DNA of 64,000 bases, taken from the human T2T-CHM13v2.0 reference genome, Homo sapiens. The position numbers and the translations under genes were made by a program. Below are positions 1-14,969 of this stretch, in pieces. Where the stretch lies: NCBI RefSeq assembly GCF_009914755.1, contig NC_060925.1; one strand, written 5' to 3'. The notes under the pieces were generated by a model that saw only the letters and a list, made by a program, of their open reading frames with translations, had not been told where the DNA came from and searched no databases. Every line of letters begins with the position of its first letter. Within the stretch, counting starts at the first letter, position 1.

Positions 1-351
1 GAGTGAGGATTTGAGAGGGAAGAATATTTCTGTCAGAGGAAACAGCTTCTATATAACCCTGGGGGCAAGAGAGAGCAAGGCACTGCCAGGACAAGAGCAA
101 TCTGGTAGGTGAAGTTGTCTATGGTCAATTGCCTACGTGGAACATAGTGGTTTACTACTCAGTTCAGGCATGAGGCAGGTGCATGTGCAGGAGATCAGTG
201 CCTAGCTCCCTCTTCTAAGAGAAGGAGGTTTTTAGCAGACCCCTGTCACTGGTGCAAGCACTGCCTCTAGATAGTGATGGATCTTTAGTGCCAACAGCTT
301 GGCAGGGCAGAAGCAAATATCTGAAAGAGTGGTGCTTTCTACCATGTGACT

Positions 352-445
352 GGTGAGGAACCAACGCTTAGACAGGGTAACTTGCTAATGGACACACCAC
401 TTATAGGAAGCACCTGGGACCTGAATACTAGTTAGTTTAGGCCCA
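352..445 (+). mobile_element. MIR SINE fragment
   Basis: Degenerate MIR core (ggtgaggaa...gggtaacttgct...cacac...ggacctgaatactag). Confidence 0.45.
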
Positions 446-2661
446 GCATTCCCGTGCTGAGAGACTATCAAGTGCTAGATTCTCAACACCTGAGAAAGGC
501 AAGACTTGAATCCGTAAGAGTGTGAGGAGTATACTAACAACCTTCAGAACCACAGAAGTGCAGACTCAGGCTCTGCAGCTATTAGAAAAGAAGCCCAGCT
601 GCTGTTTCTGTCCACAGCATGTATTAGAGTATAAATAAATAAACTTTTCTTTGGAACATTGGTTTTCATTGTCTGTTGGTGCTTTCTGGGTCCAGCAAAT
701 TGTTTCACTAAGCTAAGTGTCAGAATTACAATAGAAAATACCACTATGTATATATTCTGGCACAATCTTCTCTCCGTTCCTAAGTTGGGAACCACTTTAT
801 TTGAAGCTAATGTTAAAAGCCTCTGGGTAGCCAGTGAAGGAAGGAATTTAAGCCTGCCTTGGATTATTCCAATGACAAGTATACTTTTTGACCCATGCCT
901 CACTTTATAGTGAGAACTCAATATGCTGTAAGTGTTTATATCACCTACCCTCAGTTAAAACCTCTCACTTTTTCCTATCCTGATCACTAAATACTGGGGG
1001 TGAGGAGTTTTAGAATTGATAACACTACAAAAATTGTCCCTTTAAAAGTGTTGAATTAAATTTTATTATATATGCATTGAAAATATAAAGTCAAAAGTGA
1101 AAAATTCAGTTAATCAGACTTTTAGTTCCAATTATAATGAAGTAACTGGTATGGATTTACTTTCCTACAGCTAGTGACTATAAAACTGCACAAAATATAT
1201 GAAGCGATTTTTCTGTTACTAAACATCAAACACTGCGACATTAAGCTTCTTGAGAAAAGGGGAAAATGCACAGTAACCTCCACATTCACCCTGGATGTCT
1301 GCTTGGGAATCATTTCCAAAATAAGCCATAAGGAAAGGGAGCCAGAGAGTGATGAAAACAGAAATTGGAATTCAGGGATGAAATAGCTGAAATATGTATG
1401 ACAAGGTACTGGGAGGGAGAAAGCTGCACGGAGAGGGAGACCTAGAATTCTGCAAGGGAGTCCTCTTCAATCTTTGGTCAAATACTAAGCTGCACATGTA
1501 GATAGGAAGACTCCATGAAATCGACTGGAGATCCTGGAGGATACACAGTGCTGGGGAAGCATTTAAATTCTAACCAATCAGAGTGAAGAGACCATTCTAT
1601 ATACTCTGAATATTTAGATGAGATCACAGAAAGGTTACACTTTAAGGGAAGGGCTAAATTAGTCCTCGAGTAAAGGTAACTCTTCACCTGGCCTAATACA
1701 TAGTGAAACTAAGCTTCAGCAGGATTAAACTAAATCACCAGTTAACTATCTGCAAGAGCAATACTTAACAGTCTTAAAAGAAGACAGTAAAATCCGTTGT
1801 GTTATCTATAATGTCCAACTTGCAATAAAAGAAATTATTAATATGTAAAGAGATTAGAAAACAGGAACCATAATAGGGAGAAATGACATTCAGTAGAAGC
1901 AAACCCAGATATGGCACAGGTGTTGGAGTTAGCAAAGACTGTAAAATAACTTACAAATATGTTCAAGGGTATAACAGAAAATATATAAAAAATGAATGAT
2001 CAGATGGGAAATGTAAATACAGAAATGGAAACTATTTAAAAGAAGCAAGTGGAAGTTCTAAAAAAAAACATGAAATAAAAAATTTATTGACTGAGGTTAA
2101 CATTAATTTGACCACTGCAGAAGGGAAAAAAATCAATAAACTTTAAAACACATCAATAGGAGCTAGCAAAACAGAAGCACAGAGAAAAAAAAATGACTGC
2201 AGAAAAAAAAGAACCAACTTCAGTGACCTTTGGGAAAATATTGAGTGGTCTAACATATTTGTAATTAGAGTCCAAGGCAAAGGAGAGACAGAAAAATGTG
2301 TTTGAAGACATTTTGACTAAAAAAAATTGAAATTTGATGGAAAATGTCAACCTAGAGATCCAACAGGCTCAACTTACCTCAATCAGGATAAACACAAAGA
2401 AAACCATACCATGCCCATCATAATAAAATTGCTAAATCAAAGATAATCTTGAAAGCAATTGGAGAGGAAGAAAAGATGTATTAAATACAGGACAACAATA
2501 ATAAATATGGCTGCTGAACTTCTCATCAGAACTAATGCAAGACAGAAGACAACTGAATGACATCAATTGTACTGATGGGAGAAAAGTACTGAGAGAAAAA
2601 ATAAACTATTAGCCTAGAAAGAAAATATGCTTTAGAAATGAAGGTAATAAAGATATTTTAA

Positions 2662-2775
2662 GGCTGAGAGTGGTGGCTCAGACCTGTAATCCCAGCACTT
2701 TGGGAGGCTGAGGCAGGAGGATTGCTTCAGCCCAGTAGTTCTAGACCAGCCTGGGTAACAAAGAAAGACCTGTCT

Positions 2776-2816
<41 letters not shown>

Positions 2817-2850
2817 AAAGAAAAAGAAAAAGAAAAGAAATAAGAAAAAG
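2662..2850 (+). mobile_element. FLAM (free left Alu monomer) with long A tail
   Basis: Left-monomer sequence 2662-2776, pure A run 2777-2815, TSD-like aagatattt(t)aa on both sides. Confidence 0.9.
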
Positions 2851-3033
2851 AAGATATTTAAAAAAAAAAAAAAGCTGACAGAATATGATACCACCAAACT
2901 TGTACTACAAGAAATGTTACAGTAAGTTCTTCAGGATGAAGGAAAATGACATAAACTCAAACCTAAATGAAGAACACTGTAAATAGTAAATATGTGAGTA
3001 ATTATTAAAAAATACTTTTTTCTTGTTCCTTGA

Positions 3034-3312
3034 GGCCAGGAGCTGTGGCTCATGCCTGTAATCCCAGCACTTTGGGAGGCCGAGGTGGGCGGAACATTTG
3101 AGGTCAGGAGTTTGAGACCAGCCAACATGGTGAAACCCTATCTCTATTAACAAAAATATAAAATTAGCCAGGCATGGTGGTACACACCTGTAGTCCCAGC
3201 TACTCTAACATTGAGGGGGAAAATTGTTTGAACCCAGGAGGCAGAGGTTGCAGTGAGCTGAGATTGCACCACTGCACTCCAGCCTGGGCAACAGAGAGAG
3301 ATTCTGTCTCAA

Positions 3313-3346
<34 letters not shown>
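3034..3346 (+). mobile_element. AluS with (TAA)n tail
   Basis: Dimeric Alu; TSD aatacttttt(t)cttgttccttga at 3011-3033 and 3343-3364. Confidence 0.95.
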
Positions 3347-3349
<3 letters not shown>

Positions 3350-4009
3350 TTTCTTGTTCCTTGATATTCTAAAAGACAATAGACTGTTCAAAGTGAATAT
3401 AATAATAATATATTGTGAGTTTTATAACATATGTAGAACTAAAATTTTTGACAAAATCAACACAAGGAACACGGAAGTAGGGTTAAGTGACAGCCTTGTG
3501 TTGTTAGCTTTTTACATTACATGTGAACTGTAAAATGTTAACTCAAGGTAGAACAAAAAACAAACAAGAAGTATAACTAAAAAGGCAATAGATACAATTA
3601 AATATTTTATTAAATATATTGTATTAATATAGTGTATTAAAATGCTGTATGCTTTAATATTGTATTAAAGTATTAACTAATTCAAAAGATATCAGGAAAG
3701 GAGGTGTAAAAAGATCAAAGAACACATAGGATGAATAAGAAACAAACAGCAAGACTTAAATCCAACCATATCAATAATTACAATAAATGTAAATGAACTA
3801 AACCCATCAAGAGGCAAAGATTGTCAGATTGGATAAAAAGCAAGATCACATTGTATTTGTTTGCAAGAGATGTACATGAAATCAAAAGAAACATGTAGGT
3901 TAAAAGTGAAATGATAGAAAAGATATATCATGCAAACACTAATCATGAGAAAGTAGAATAAATAAGAAGAGAGACGGTTAATTAGAGAAAACAAAAACAA
4001 TAAACTAAA

Positions 4010-5030
<1,021 letters not shown>

Positions 5031-5449
5031 TGATGATGATTTCCAGGCTCCTTTTGCACTTATGAATCAGCAAGAAACATAATTCTGTCCGGTGAGATGC
5101 AAGCTGCATTCTATTGGGTGAAAATACTAGGAAAACTATTATTTTTCATTGAAAAAATCAAAGACTGGCTGGCACACTCGCTCTGTTGTCCTCACTCCTT
5201 CCTCCTGCTTGGAATGAGGATGTGGTATCTGAAGGACATAGAGAAACCATCTTGAGACCAGGAGAACAAAAACCACATACCAAAGATTTTGTAGGACAAG
5301 GATCAAGAATTCTGCAATATGGATGATATTATAACTAACAGAAGCAGTATTTCCCAAAGCACGGTGGGGAATGAGACCATTTTTTTATGGAACCGTACCC
5401 AGACATAGCATTAAATAGCCTTGTATTTTTAGTAGAGATGGGGTTCACA

Positions 5450-7960
<2,511 letters not shown>

Positions 7961-8597
7961 TTTCATATGACCTTATTAAATTCATTATAATATCCTCATA
8001 CTGTAAGGAAAGAACACAAAAGAAATGTCACTCCATTTCACTCCATTTCTAACTACAGTTCTAAGATAACTATTTTATCAAAGGTAATCTTCCTTCCTAC
8101 TATTACATCATGAAAGTGATATCTTTTTGCCTCATAAAACTTGTCATTCTTTACAAGTTCCTTCCATTCTCCTTTTCTCCTGCCTAGAGAAGCTATTGAA
8201 AATAAATGAGCTGAAACATTTTACTCATCTCTCTGATCTCTATGTGTCTTTTGTATCCAATGTTAACTCTAGTCGCTGGGAAGTTGGATGTCCCTCCTTA
8301 ATCAGATTTGATATAACAGCAAGAGATTTCCAAGAAAATACCAAAAAATCTAATTTCAGCAAAAAGAAAAAATTTGGCCTCCAGTTTTCCAGATGTAGGT
8401 AGATTCTGTCCAAAACAGATATCATTTAAAATTTAATTTTAAATCCTTTGAGTTCTTCAAAAGAAGATATTTAACAAAATGTGGGAGCTGATGACAATTT
8501 TAATTATTTACAAAGTAATTTTCTCAGTAAAATGAGCCATGCTTCAAAAGGGAAAATACCAACAATTTGCCAGGCATTGTACCTTCTTTAATTTTCT

Positions 8598-8717
<120 letters not shown>

Positions 8718-8998
8718 GAGACGTTGTCTCGCTCTGTCACCCAGACTAGAGTGCAGTGGCACCATCTTTGCTCACTGCAAGCTCCGCCTCCTGGGTTCAC
8801 GCCATTCTCCTGCCACAGCCTCCTGTGAAGCTGGGACTACAGGTGCCTGCCACCACGCCCAGCTAATTTTTTGTATTTTTGGTAGACACGGGGTTTCACC
8901 GTGTTAGCCAGGATGGTCTCGATCTCCTGACCTCGTGATCTGCCTGCCTTGGCCTCCCAAAGTGCTGGGATTATAGGTGTGAGCCACTGTGCCCGGCC
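8718..8998 (-). mobile_element. AluY
   Basis: AluY-type gcaagctccgcctcc, ttcacgccattctcc, gtgttagccaggatggtctcgatc; TSD ctttaatttt. Confidence 0.93.
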
Positions 8999-9014
8999 GC
9001 CGCCTTTAATTTTT

Positions 9015-9140
9015 ATAACCACTGTGAGGAGTGGTATTATTATTTGTGCTCAAACGGGCTCACAGAAGTAGGTAACTTGGTTAAAATCACTTAGCCATTA
9101 AGTGGTGAAGTTGGAATTGGAACTCAGATGTGTGTGACCC
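9015..9140 (+). mobile_element. MIR fragment
   Basis: ggtaacttggttaaaatcac...ggaattggaactcagatgtgtgtgac resembles the MIR core. Confidence 0.6.
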
Positions 9141-9589
9141 TAATTTTATTGCTATTCCTTTACACTTGGAATTTTGGTATTTTCATTGCTGTAGAAGAAT
9201 GAAGTTAGCCACCACTCATTTTGTTGACAGATTGACCATATGGCCTTCCTAGAAGTGATCATTGAACTGATGGTATTAGCTATTTCTCCTCAGACTTACT
9301 GATTGATTGCCTTTGTGTGCAAAAAGCTCTGTGTTATGACAGAAACACCAAAGAATAGCAAAGATCTTTACTTTCCAGGATATTCAAATCTAACTGGAGG
9401 AAGAGAACATGTAAATAAAAACTATATATCACCAGGTAGTAATTAATTAGTCAGAGACAACCTAATGTCTCTTCTTTTTTTTATTCTAAAGATAATAACT
9501 ACATATTGCAGGAAAATCTCCTCTAATCTCACCATTATTTCCTCAACTCTTTTTTTCAATGCACACATATATTTAGATATTTAATTGGA

Positions 9590-9840
9590 TGATATTTATA
9601 AACACTTTTATATCCTATTTTTTATTGAATATTGTATTATGAGCACTCTTTCATGACATATTATTCCAATGTATAATTTTTAATGGCAGAATAATATTCA
9701 TAGTATTTTAATTTATAATATCTTCTGGACATTTAGATTGTTTCTAATATTTTTAATTTTTTATAAATTATATTGCATTGAACATCCTAGACCACAAATC
9801 TTTTCTCATGTCTCTACTTATTGACTTAGGATAAATTTAT
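9590..9840 (-). mobile_element. Old L1ME-type 3' fragment (left part)
   Basis: ttttaatggcagaataatattc...ggacatttagattgtttcta...ttaggataaattt. Confidence 0.6.
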
Positions 9841-10053
9841 TCAGGAGGAATCGAGAATAAATTTCTGGAGATTCCTGATATATGTTGAGAAGACATAAGA
9901 GAGAATGGAGATCCCTAAACAGATTTCGGGTGCACCACTTCAGTCACCACCATTGTGGGCACCAGGCCCTAGAGGCTAAAGTACCACATTATATCTCCAA
10001 TTCGTTCGCCAGGTGGTCTGTATTCTTTGCTTCTTTGATTTCTCTGAATAGAG

Positions 10054-10196
10054 CTTTCCATTCATTTGAAGGGGCACTTTCTGGTGGTGCCTGATGGCAT
10101 TTTGCATTACATTTTATTTACTGCAAAATAAATTTTATTTAATGCAAAATGCCACCAGGGTGCCATCAGAAAGTGCCCCTTCAAATGAGTAGAAAG
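10054..10196. repeat. Inverted repeat/hairpin, ~56-bp arms and 30-bp AT-rich spacer
   Basis: 10054-10109 is the reverse complement of 10140-10196 with 6 substitutions and 1 indel. Confidence 0.92.
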
Positions 10197-10598
10197 TCTC
10201 CTTTTATGATTGCAGTATAGTTTGACAGAGTTAGAATTCTTTGCTGTTTTCATATTAGCTACTTAGGATCTATATAAATCTCATTGCAACGGAAATACCA
10301 GAGTGTCTTGAGGCTGGCTGACTGGGGCCTTATTTCTAGCATTCTAAGAAGGTGCAAGAGAAAGAAACTAGCACTAGATGAGACTCATGAGCATAAACCC
10401 CTTCAAATTGGGAGAGATGTCTGCATTTGCAGCCAAACTTCTATCATCAGCCTTGATTCCTGACATAATGAGTTGTGAGTTGTTATAATCATGGAAGAAA
10501 AATGACTTGAGAGGATAACATGGATGATGTGATTTGAAGATGAGTTCAGTATAAACTTTGGTGAAAAATCATTCTGATAAACTGATCTTAAGACATCA

Positions 10599-10921
10599 TG
10601 CCATGTTTGATGGCTCATGCCTGTAATCCCAGAACTTTGCAGCAGTTTGGGAGGCTGAGGCAGGCAGGTTGCTTGAGCCCAGGAGTTTGACACCAGCCTG
10701 GGCAACATGGCGAAACCCTATCTCTTAAAAAAAAATACAAAAAGTAGCAAGGCATGGTGGCTCATGCCTGGAGACCCAGCTACCTGGGAGGCTGACAGGG
10801 GAGGTTCACCTGAACCGGGGGAAGATCTGAGCCATGATTGTGCCACTACACTCCAGCCTAGGACTCTCTCTGTCTCTCAAAAAACAAAAAAAAACAAAAA
10901 AAAAAAACAAAAAAAAACAAA
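10599..10921 (+). mobile_element. AluJ
   Basis: ttgcttgagcccaggagtttg, diverged dimer, A-rich tail, TSD aagacatca/aaggcatca. Confidence 0.92.
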
Positions 10922-10990
10922 GGCATCACATTGTTTACTCCCTTGTGATGCCGGCTGGAGTGACACTTGGCATCAGGAGGGCAGTATAGT

Positions 10991-13027
10991 CTCTCTTTTT
11001 TCTTACAGTACAAAGTTAGGGCTCCTCATTCAGGCAGTAGAGTAAAGAACAGCAAAGTGGGAGGGCTACACCATTGCCATGGCAACAGAAAGCCTCCTGA
11101 AGATAAAGTCCCTCTGCTTCTGTCAGGCAGACTCTTCCTAGATCAGGAGACACCTGTTTTCACTGGCTGAGAACAAGGCCAGGTAGCCTGGTTACAGTGT
11201 GGAAGGGCAGCTGGACACATGGCCTCTGGTCAGTTCTGGAAGTGATTGGTGAAGGCTTCCAGTGGCTCCTGCTTCTTCAGCCTGCTCTTCAGCCCATACC
11301 CCAGCAGGTCTCTTTCAGCATGGGCACGGCAAACTTGCCCAGCATGCTGTTGCTTATGTGGGTCTTCAGCTCCTCTTCTGAATACTCCACCTTGGGCCTT
11401 TTGCTTCTGAAACCTTCATTATTGTGTTTTATGTTGCTAACTTTCCCTTCAGGATTGTAATCTGGTGGGTAGAGAAGTTCCTTAAACTTATCCACCAGTG
11501 GGGAGCCCAGTCTTTTATTCATTGCTTCAACCTCAGGCAATGTCAGGTCCACTGCTTGTTCAGGCTCCATCAAATCCAAGGCCAAGGCCTCCAGGTTCCT
11601 GGAACACTGTTGCAGCACAGAGTTCTCAAAGCTGTCACTTCTGTATTTGAATCGGAGCTTCTGAACAATAGCCTTCACCTTGTCCCCCTGCTCTGGGGTT
11701 GCCATGACTTTTTTAGCAAAGGGCACCTTCCCTTTATTATCAGCATAACATAAAAAGACCAGCTGGAAGCCTGCAGGAGGCACCTGAATTTTCTGATCAT
11801 CCAACTCCTCTTCCTGTGGCACCAAAGCCACAAAATAAGGGGGGATGTTCCTGCAGGGTGTGTATCTGCACAATGCTGTGACCTCCTTCTCCAGACACTT
11901 GATGAGTAGAGCACTGAACAGGGTTGAGCTCTAATTCATCAGTGACTCTTCAGAGTACACAAACAAGGAGGGCCTCAGGTAACGGTGCTTCTTCAGCTTT
12001 ACCAAGGGCTTAAACCCATGAGAATCAAACCTGGTTCATCAAACTATTTTAGCTCTTCTGTTTCCTCTTTCTCCAGTATAATCTGACGCCTTCCATAGAT
12101 CTGAGACCTCTTGGTATCTCTAGACAGAAGCCAACTGCCTGTATTTACATTAAATATCCAGGTCTTGGTTTTCACTGATTCATCTATTTCTCGATAGGGC
12201 TTTATTGGAGGAGGCTTGAGAGCCTTCTGGATCGGATTATAAATGCCCACAGAGAGCACTATATCTTTATTGAGCTTCAGCTTTAACCTGCTGAGTGTTC
12301 ACTAACTGATCTCCTTGGCTCAAACCTGCCTCAACAGGTCTTCTAGCTTTCTGGATTCCTCAGTGAGCCCTGGGGTCCTCATCCTCTGCTATGCTGGTGA
12401 TATCTCTGTAGAAGAAAGGTATATCAAAGCCCTCAGTTTTCTTCAGGTGCATCAAGTCAAGGAAGATGCCTGTATCTCAGTGATTATTGGCTTTGGTCCT
12501 GGCCCAGCTGGCTTTGGCATGTCATTGCCATGGGGGTTATCCTCATTGGTGAACAACATGACTCCTCTTGTACAGTACATTGCTAAAGAGGTTGTTGGCA
12601 CAGACTCACAGCACTTCACTGAGTGAGTAGTCAGATCCATGCCCATCAGGTCTTGGAAACGTTTTTGTCCCTGCTGCTCCTTAAACCGGTCAAGCTCTAG
12701 AATTCGTTTTGCCCCTGGATTATCCAACTCCTGGATGCTCATGTCAAAAGGAGTCAACTCATCTTCACTCTGAGATTCAAACATAGCTCTGGAGGCATCA
12801 ACCAAAAAAATCAAACTATTTCTTCCTGAATATTTATAGACTCCACTTGCTTCACATGATTCTCATGGGTTTCAAGCCCTTGGTAATGCTGAAGTGCTGT
12901 GGATCTGTGCCAACCTCTTTAGCGATGTCCAGTTCAAAATGTTCTTCTTCTGCTTCTTCATCACCCCTGGTTTTGTAATAAGACTTTCACCCTGACATGT
13001 TGCTTACTGCTCACTTTGGTGCAGGCC
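10991..13027 (-). pseudogene. XRCC6P3: Processed pseudogene of Ku70 (XRCC6); CDS remnant 11230-12998
   Basis: Translations [70 protein letters not shown]; intronless; 5'UTR and 3'UTR present; decayed polyA 10991-11006; TSD-like agggcagtatagt (10978-10990)/agagcagtatgat (13028-13040); stops and frameshifts. Parent identity is secure; the P3 number is recalled, not verified. Confidence 0.96.
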
Positions 13028-13089
13028 AGAGCAGTATGATTTCTTAAAATTCTCTCTGCCAGTCTGGCCTCTGTCCCACTACATTATTT

Positions 13090-13270
13090 CAGAGACCCAA
13101 GAGTGTTCCAAAGGAATGTTCTGATATTGATAACAATACATATCATCAAATTGCTCTCTAGAAATGTATAAATGTACAACTCCATCGTAAGAGTATGTGA
13201 TAGTGCTCCTTACAGTGTATCCTCACCAGCATGGAATATTATCTTTTAAATATCTTTGATGTATTATTAA
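13090..13270 (-). mobile_element. Old L1ME-type fragment (right part, continues 9590-9840)
   Basis: ccaaaggaatg...caaattgctctctagaaatgta...gagtatgtgatagtgc...tatcctcaccagcatggaatattatc. Confidence 0.55.
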
Positions 13271-13700
13271 TTGTTTTTGTGGAGTGCTGTGACTCAGGCT
13301 TTTACAAGAAGCCTAGGATAACACAAACATAATTCTGGTTAAAATCGATCAGCACAGATGAGTGGTGCTGGCAATGACTCGTCTTGGCTGACACTGGAGA
13401 AAATAAAAGGTTTAGCCAATGGGAAGAGAAAATGATAAGTTTGGTTTGAGATAAGATAAATTTGGATTATCTGTGGGACATCCAAGAGGTGATATGTAGT
13501 AGGTCATTGAGTATCTCTGTGTGGGGGTGTGAGATGTAAATAGAAAATGAAAGTATTAATATATGGTAAGTAGGTAAAATCATAAATGTAGGTACTATGG
13601 TTCAAGGAGAATTCAGAATGGGAAAGGAGTTGAATATGAAATCTTGGGGAATATCAACATTTAAAGGGTCGCAAAAGACACATAAGCTAAAGGTACTGAA

Positions 13701-13869
13701 TTTTTTTTTTTTTTTTTTTTTTTAGAGATGAGGTCTTGCCCTATTGCACAGGCTGGAGTGCAGCGGTGCAATCATAGCTCACTGAAGCCTTGAATTCCTG
13801 GGCTGAAGCAATTCTCCCACATCAGCCTCTGGAGTAGCTAAGACTACAGGCACAAGCCAGCATGCCCAG
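13701..13869 (-). mobile_element. FRAM/FAM-type Alu monomer
   Basis: Poly-T then a single right-arm-like monomer (gcaatcatagctcactg...ctgggctgaagcaattctccc). Confidence 0.88.
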
Positions 13870-13879
13870 AGGAAGGCAC

Positions 13880-14969
13880 TTTTTTTTTCTTTTTAAAGAA
13901 GTCTTTATTTCCTTGTTCTGCAAATAAAGCTGGCTGAGTTGGTTGCTTTTTGGTGATTAGTCAGGGACCAAATCCCATATCCTTGTCCAATTCCTCCGAC
14001 TCTTCCTTGGCTTCAACCTTAGTTGGGGTAGCAGCAGCAGCAGGAGCAGTCATGGCAGCAGTGTCCACAGGGGCAGCAGCCACAAAGGCAGATGGATTAA
14101 CCAAGAAGGCCTTGACCTTTTCAGCAAGTGGGAAGGTGTAATCAATCTCCACAGACAAAGCCAGGACTCGTTTGTACCCATTGATGATAGAATGGGGTAC
14201 TGATGCAACAGTTGGGTAGCCAATCTGCAAACAGACCCTGGAAACATCGCAGACACTCTCCAGAAAGTGAGAATGCAGTTTCCTCTGTGATGTCAAGCCC
14301 TTCAGGGTTGTAGATGCTGCCATTGTCGAACACCTGCTGAATGACCAGCCCAAAGAAGGGAGAGATGTTCAGCAGTGTGGCTTCGCTGGCTCCCACTTTG
14401 TCTCCAGTCTTGATCAGCTGCACATCACTCAGGATTTCAGTGGCGCCCCTGGAGATTTTAGTGGTGATGCCTAAAACCTGGAGAAACGAGGTCTTCTTGG
14501 GCCCTAGACCAGTGTTCTGGACTGGCACAGTGACTTCACAGGGGCAATGGAACCAGCATGAGCCACAGCTGGCACCTTGTTGGCCAGCAGCAGGTCCCTG
14601 ATCTCAGTGAGGTCCTCCTTGATGAACACAAAGCCCACATTCCCCTGAATATGAGGCAACAGTTTCTCTAGAGCTGGGTTGTTTTCCAGGTGCCTTCAGA
14701 TGGCCTTGACCATCGTGGTGTTCTTGCCTAGCAGCACCATGGCCTTCCTGCAGAGGGATATGCAGATCTGCTGCATCTGCTTAGAGCCCATATTGTCTGC
14801 TCCCATGATGAAACATTTCGGATAATCATCCAAAAGTTGGATGATCTTAAGGAAGTAGTTGGGCTTCCAGGTCACCCTGTCTTCCCTGGGCATCACAGCG
14901 GTGTGTCAGGGATTTAAAGACACAAGGGTTTAAAGATGATGTCACTTAAACGACGACACCTGGTGAGAG
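13880..14969 (-). pseudogene. RPLP0P5: Full-length processed pseudogene of ribosomal protein P0 (RPLP0); CDS remnant 13957-14893
   Basis: [28 protein letters not shown] ... [16 protein letters not shown]; intronless; pyrimidine 5' end; AATAAA (tttatt 13904-13909); poly-T 13880-13894; TSD agagga(a)ggcacttttt; frameshifts. P5 number is recalled, not verified. Confidence 0.96.

Larger units (their letters stand above)
1500..3990 (+). mobile_element. Old L1 (L1M-type) ORF1 region into start of ORF2, interrupted by a FLAM and an Alu
   Basis: A-rich ORF1-like sequence at 1850-2650; ORF2 endonuclease-start-like ccatatcaataattacaataaatgtaaatgaactaaac at ~3766; boundaries approximate. Confidence 0.65.
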
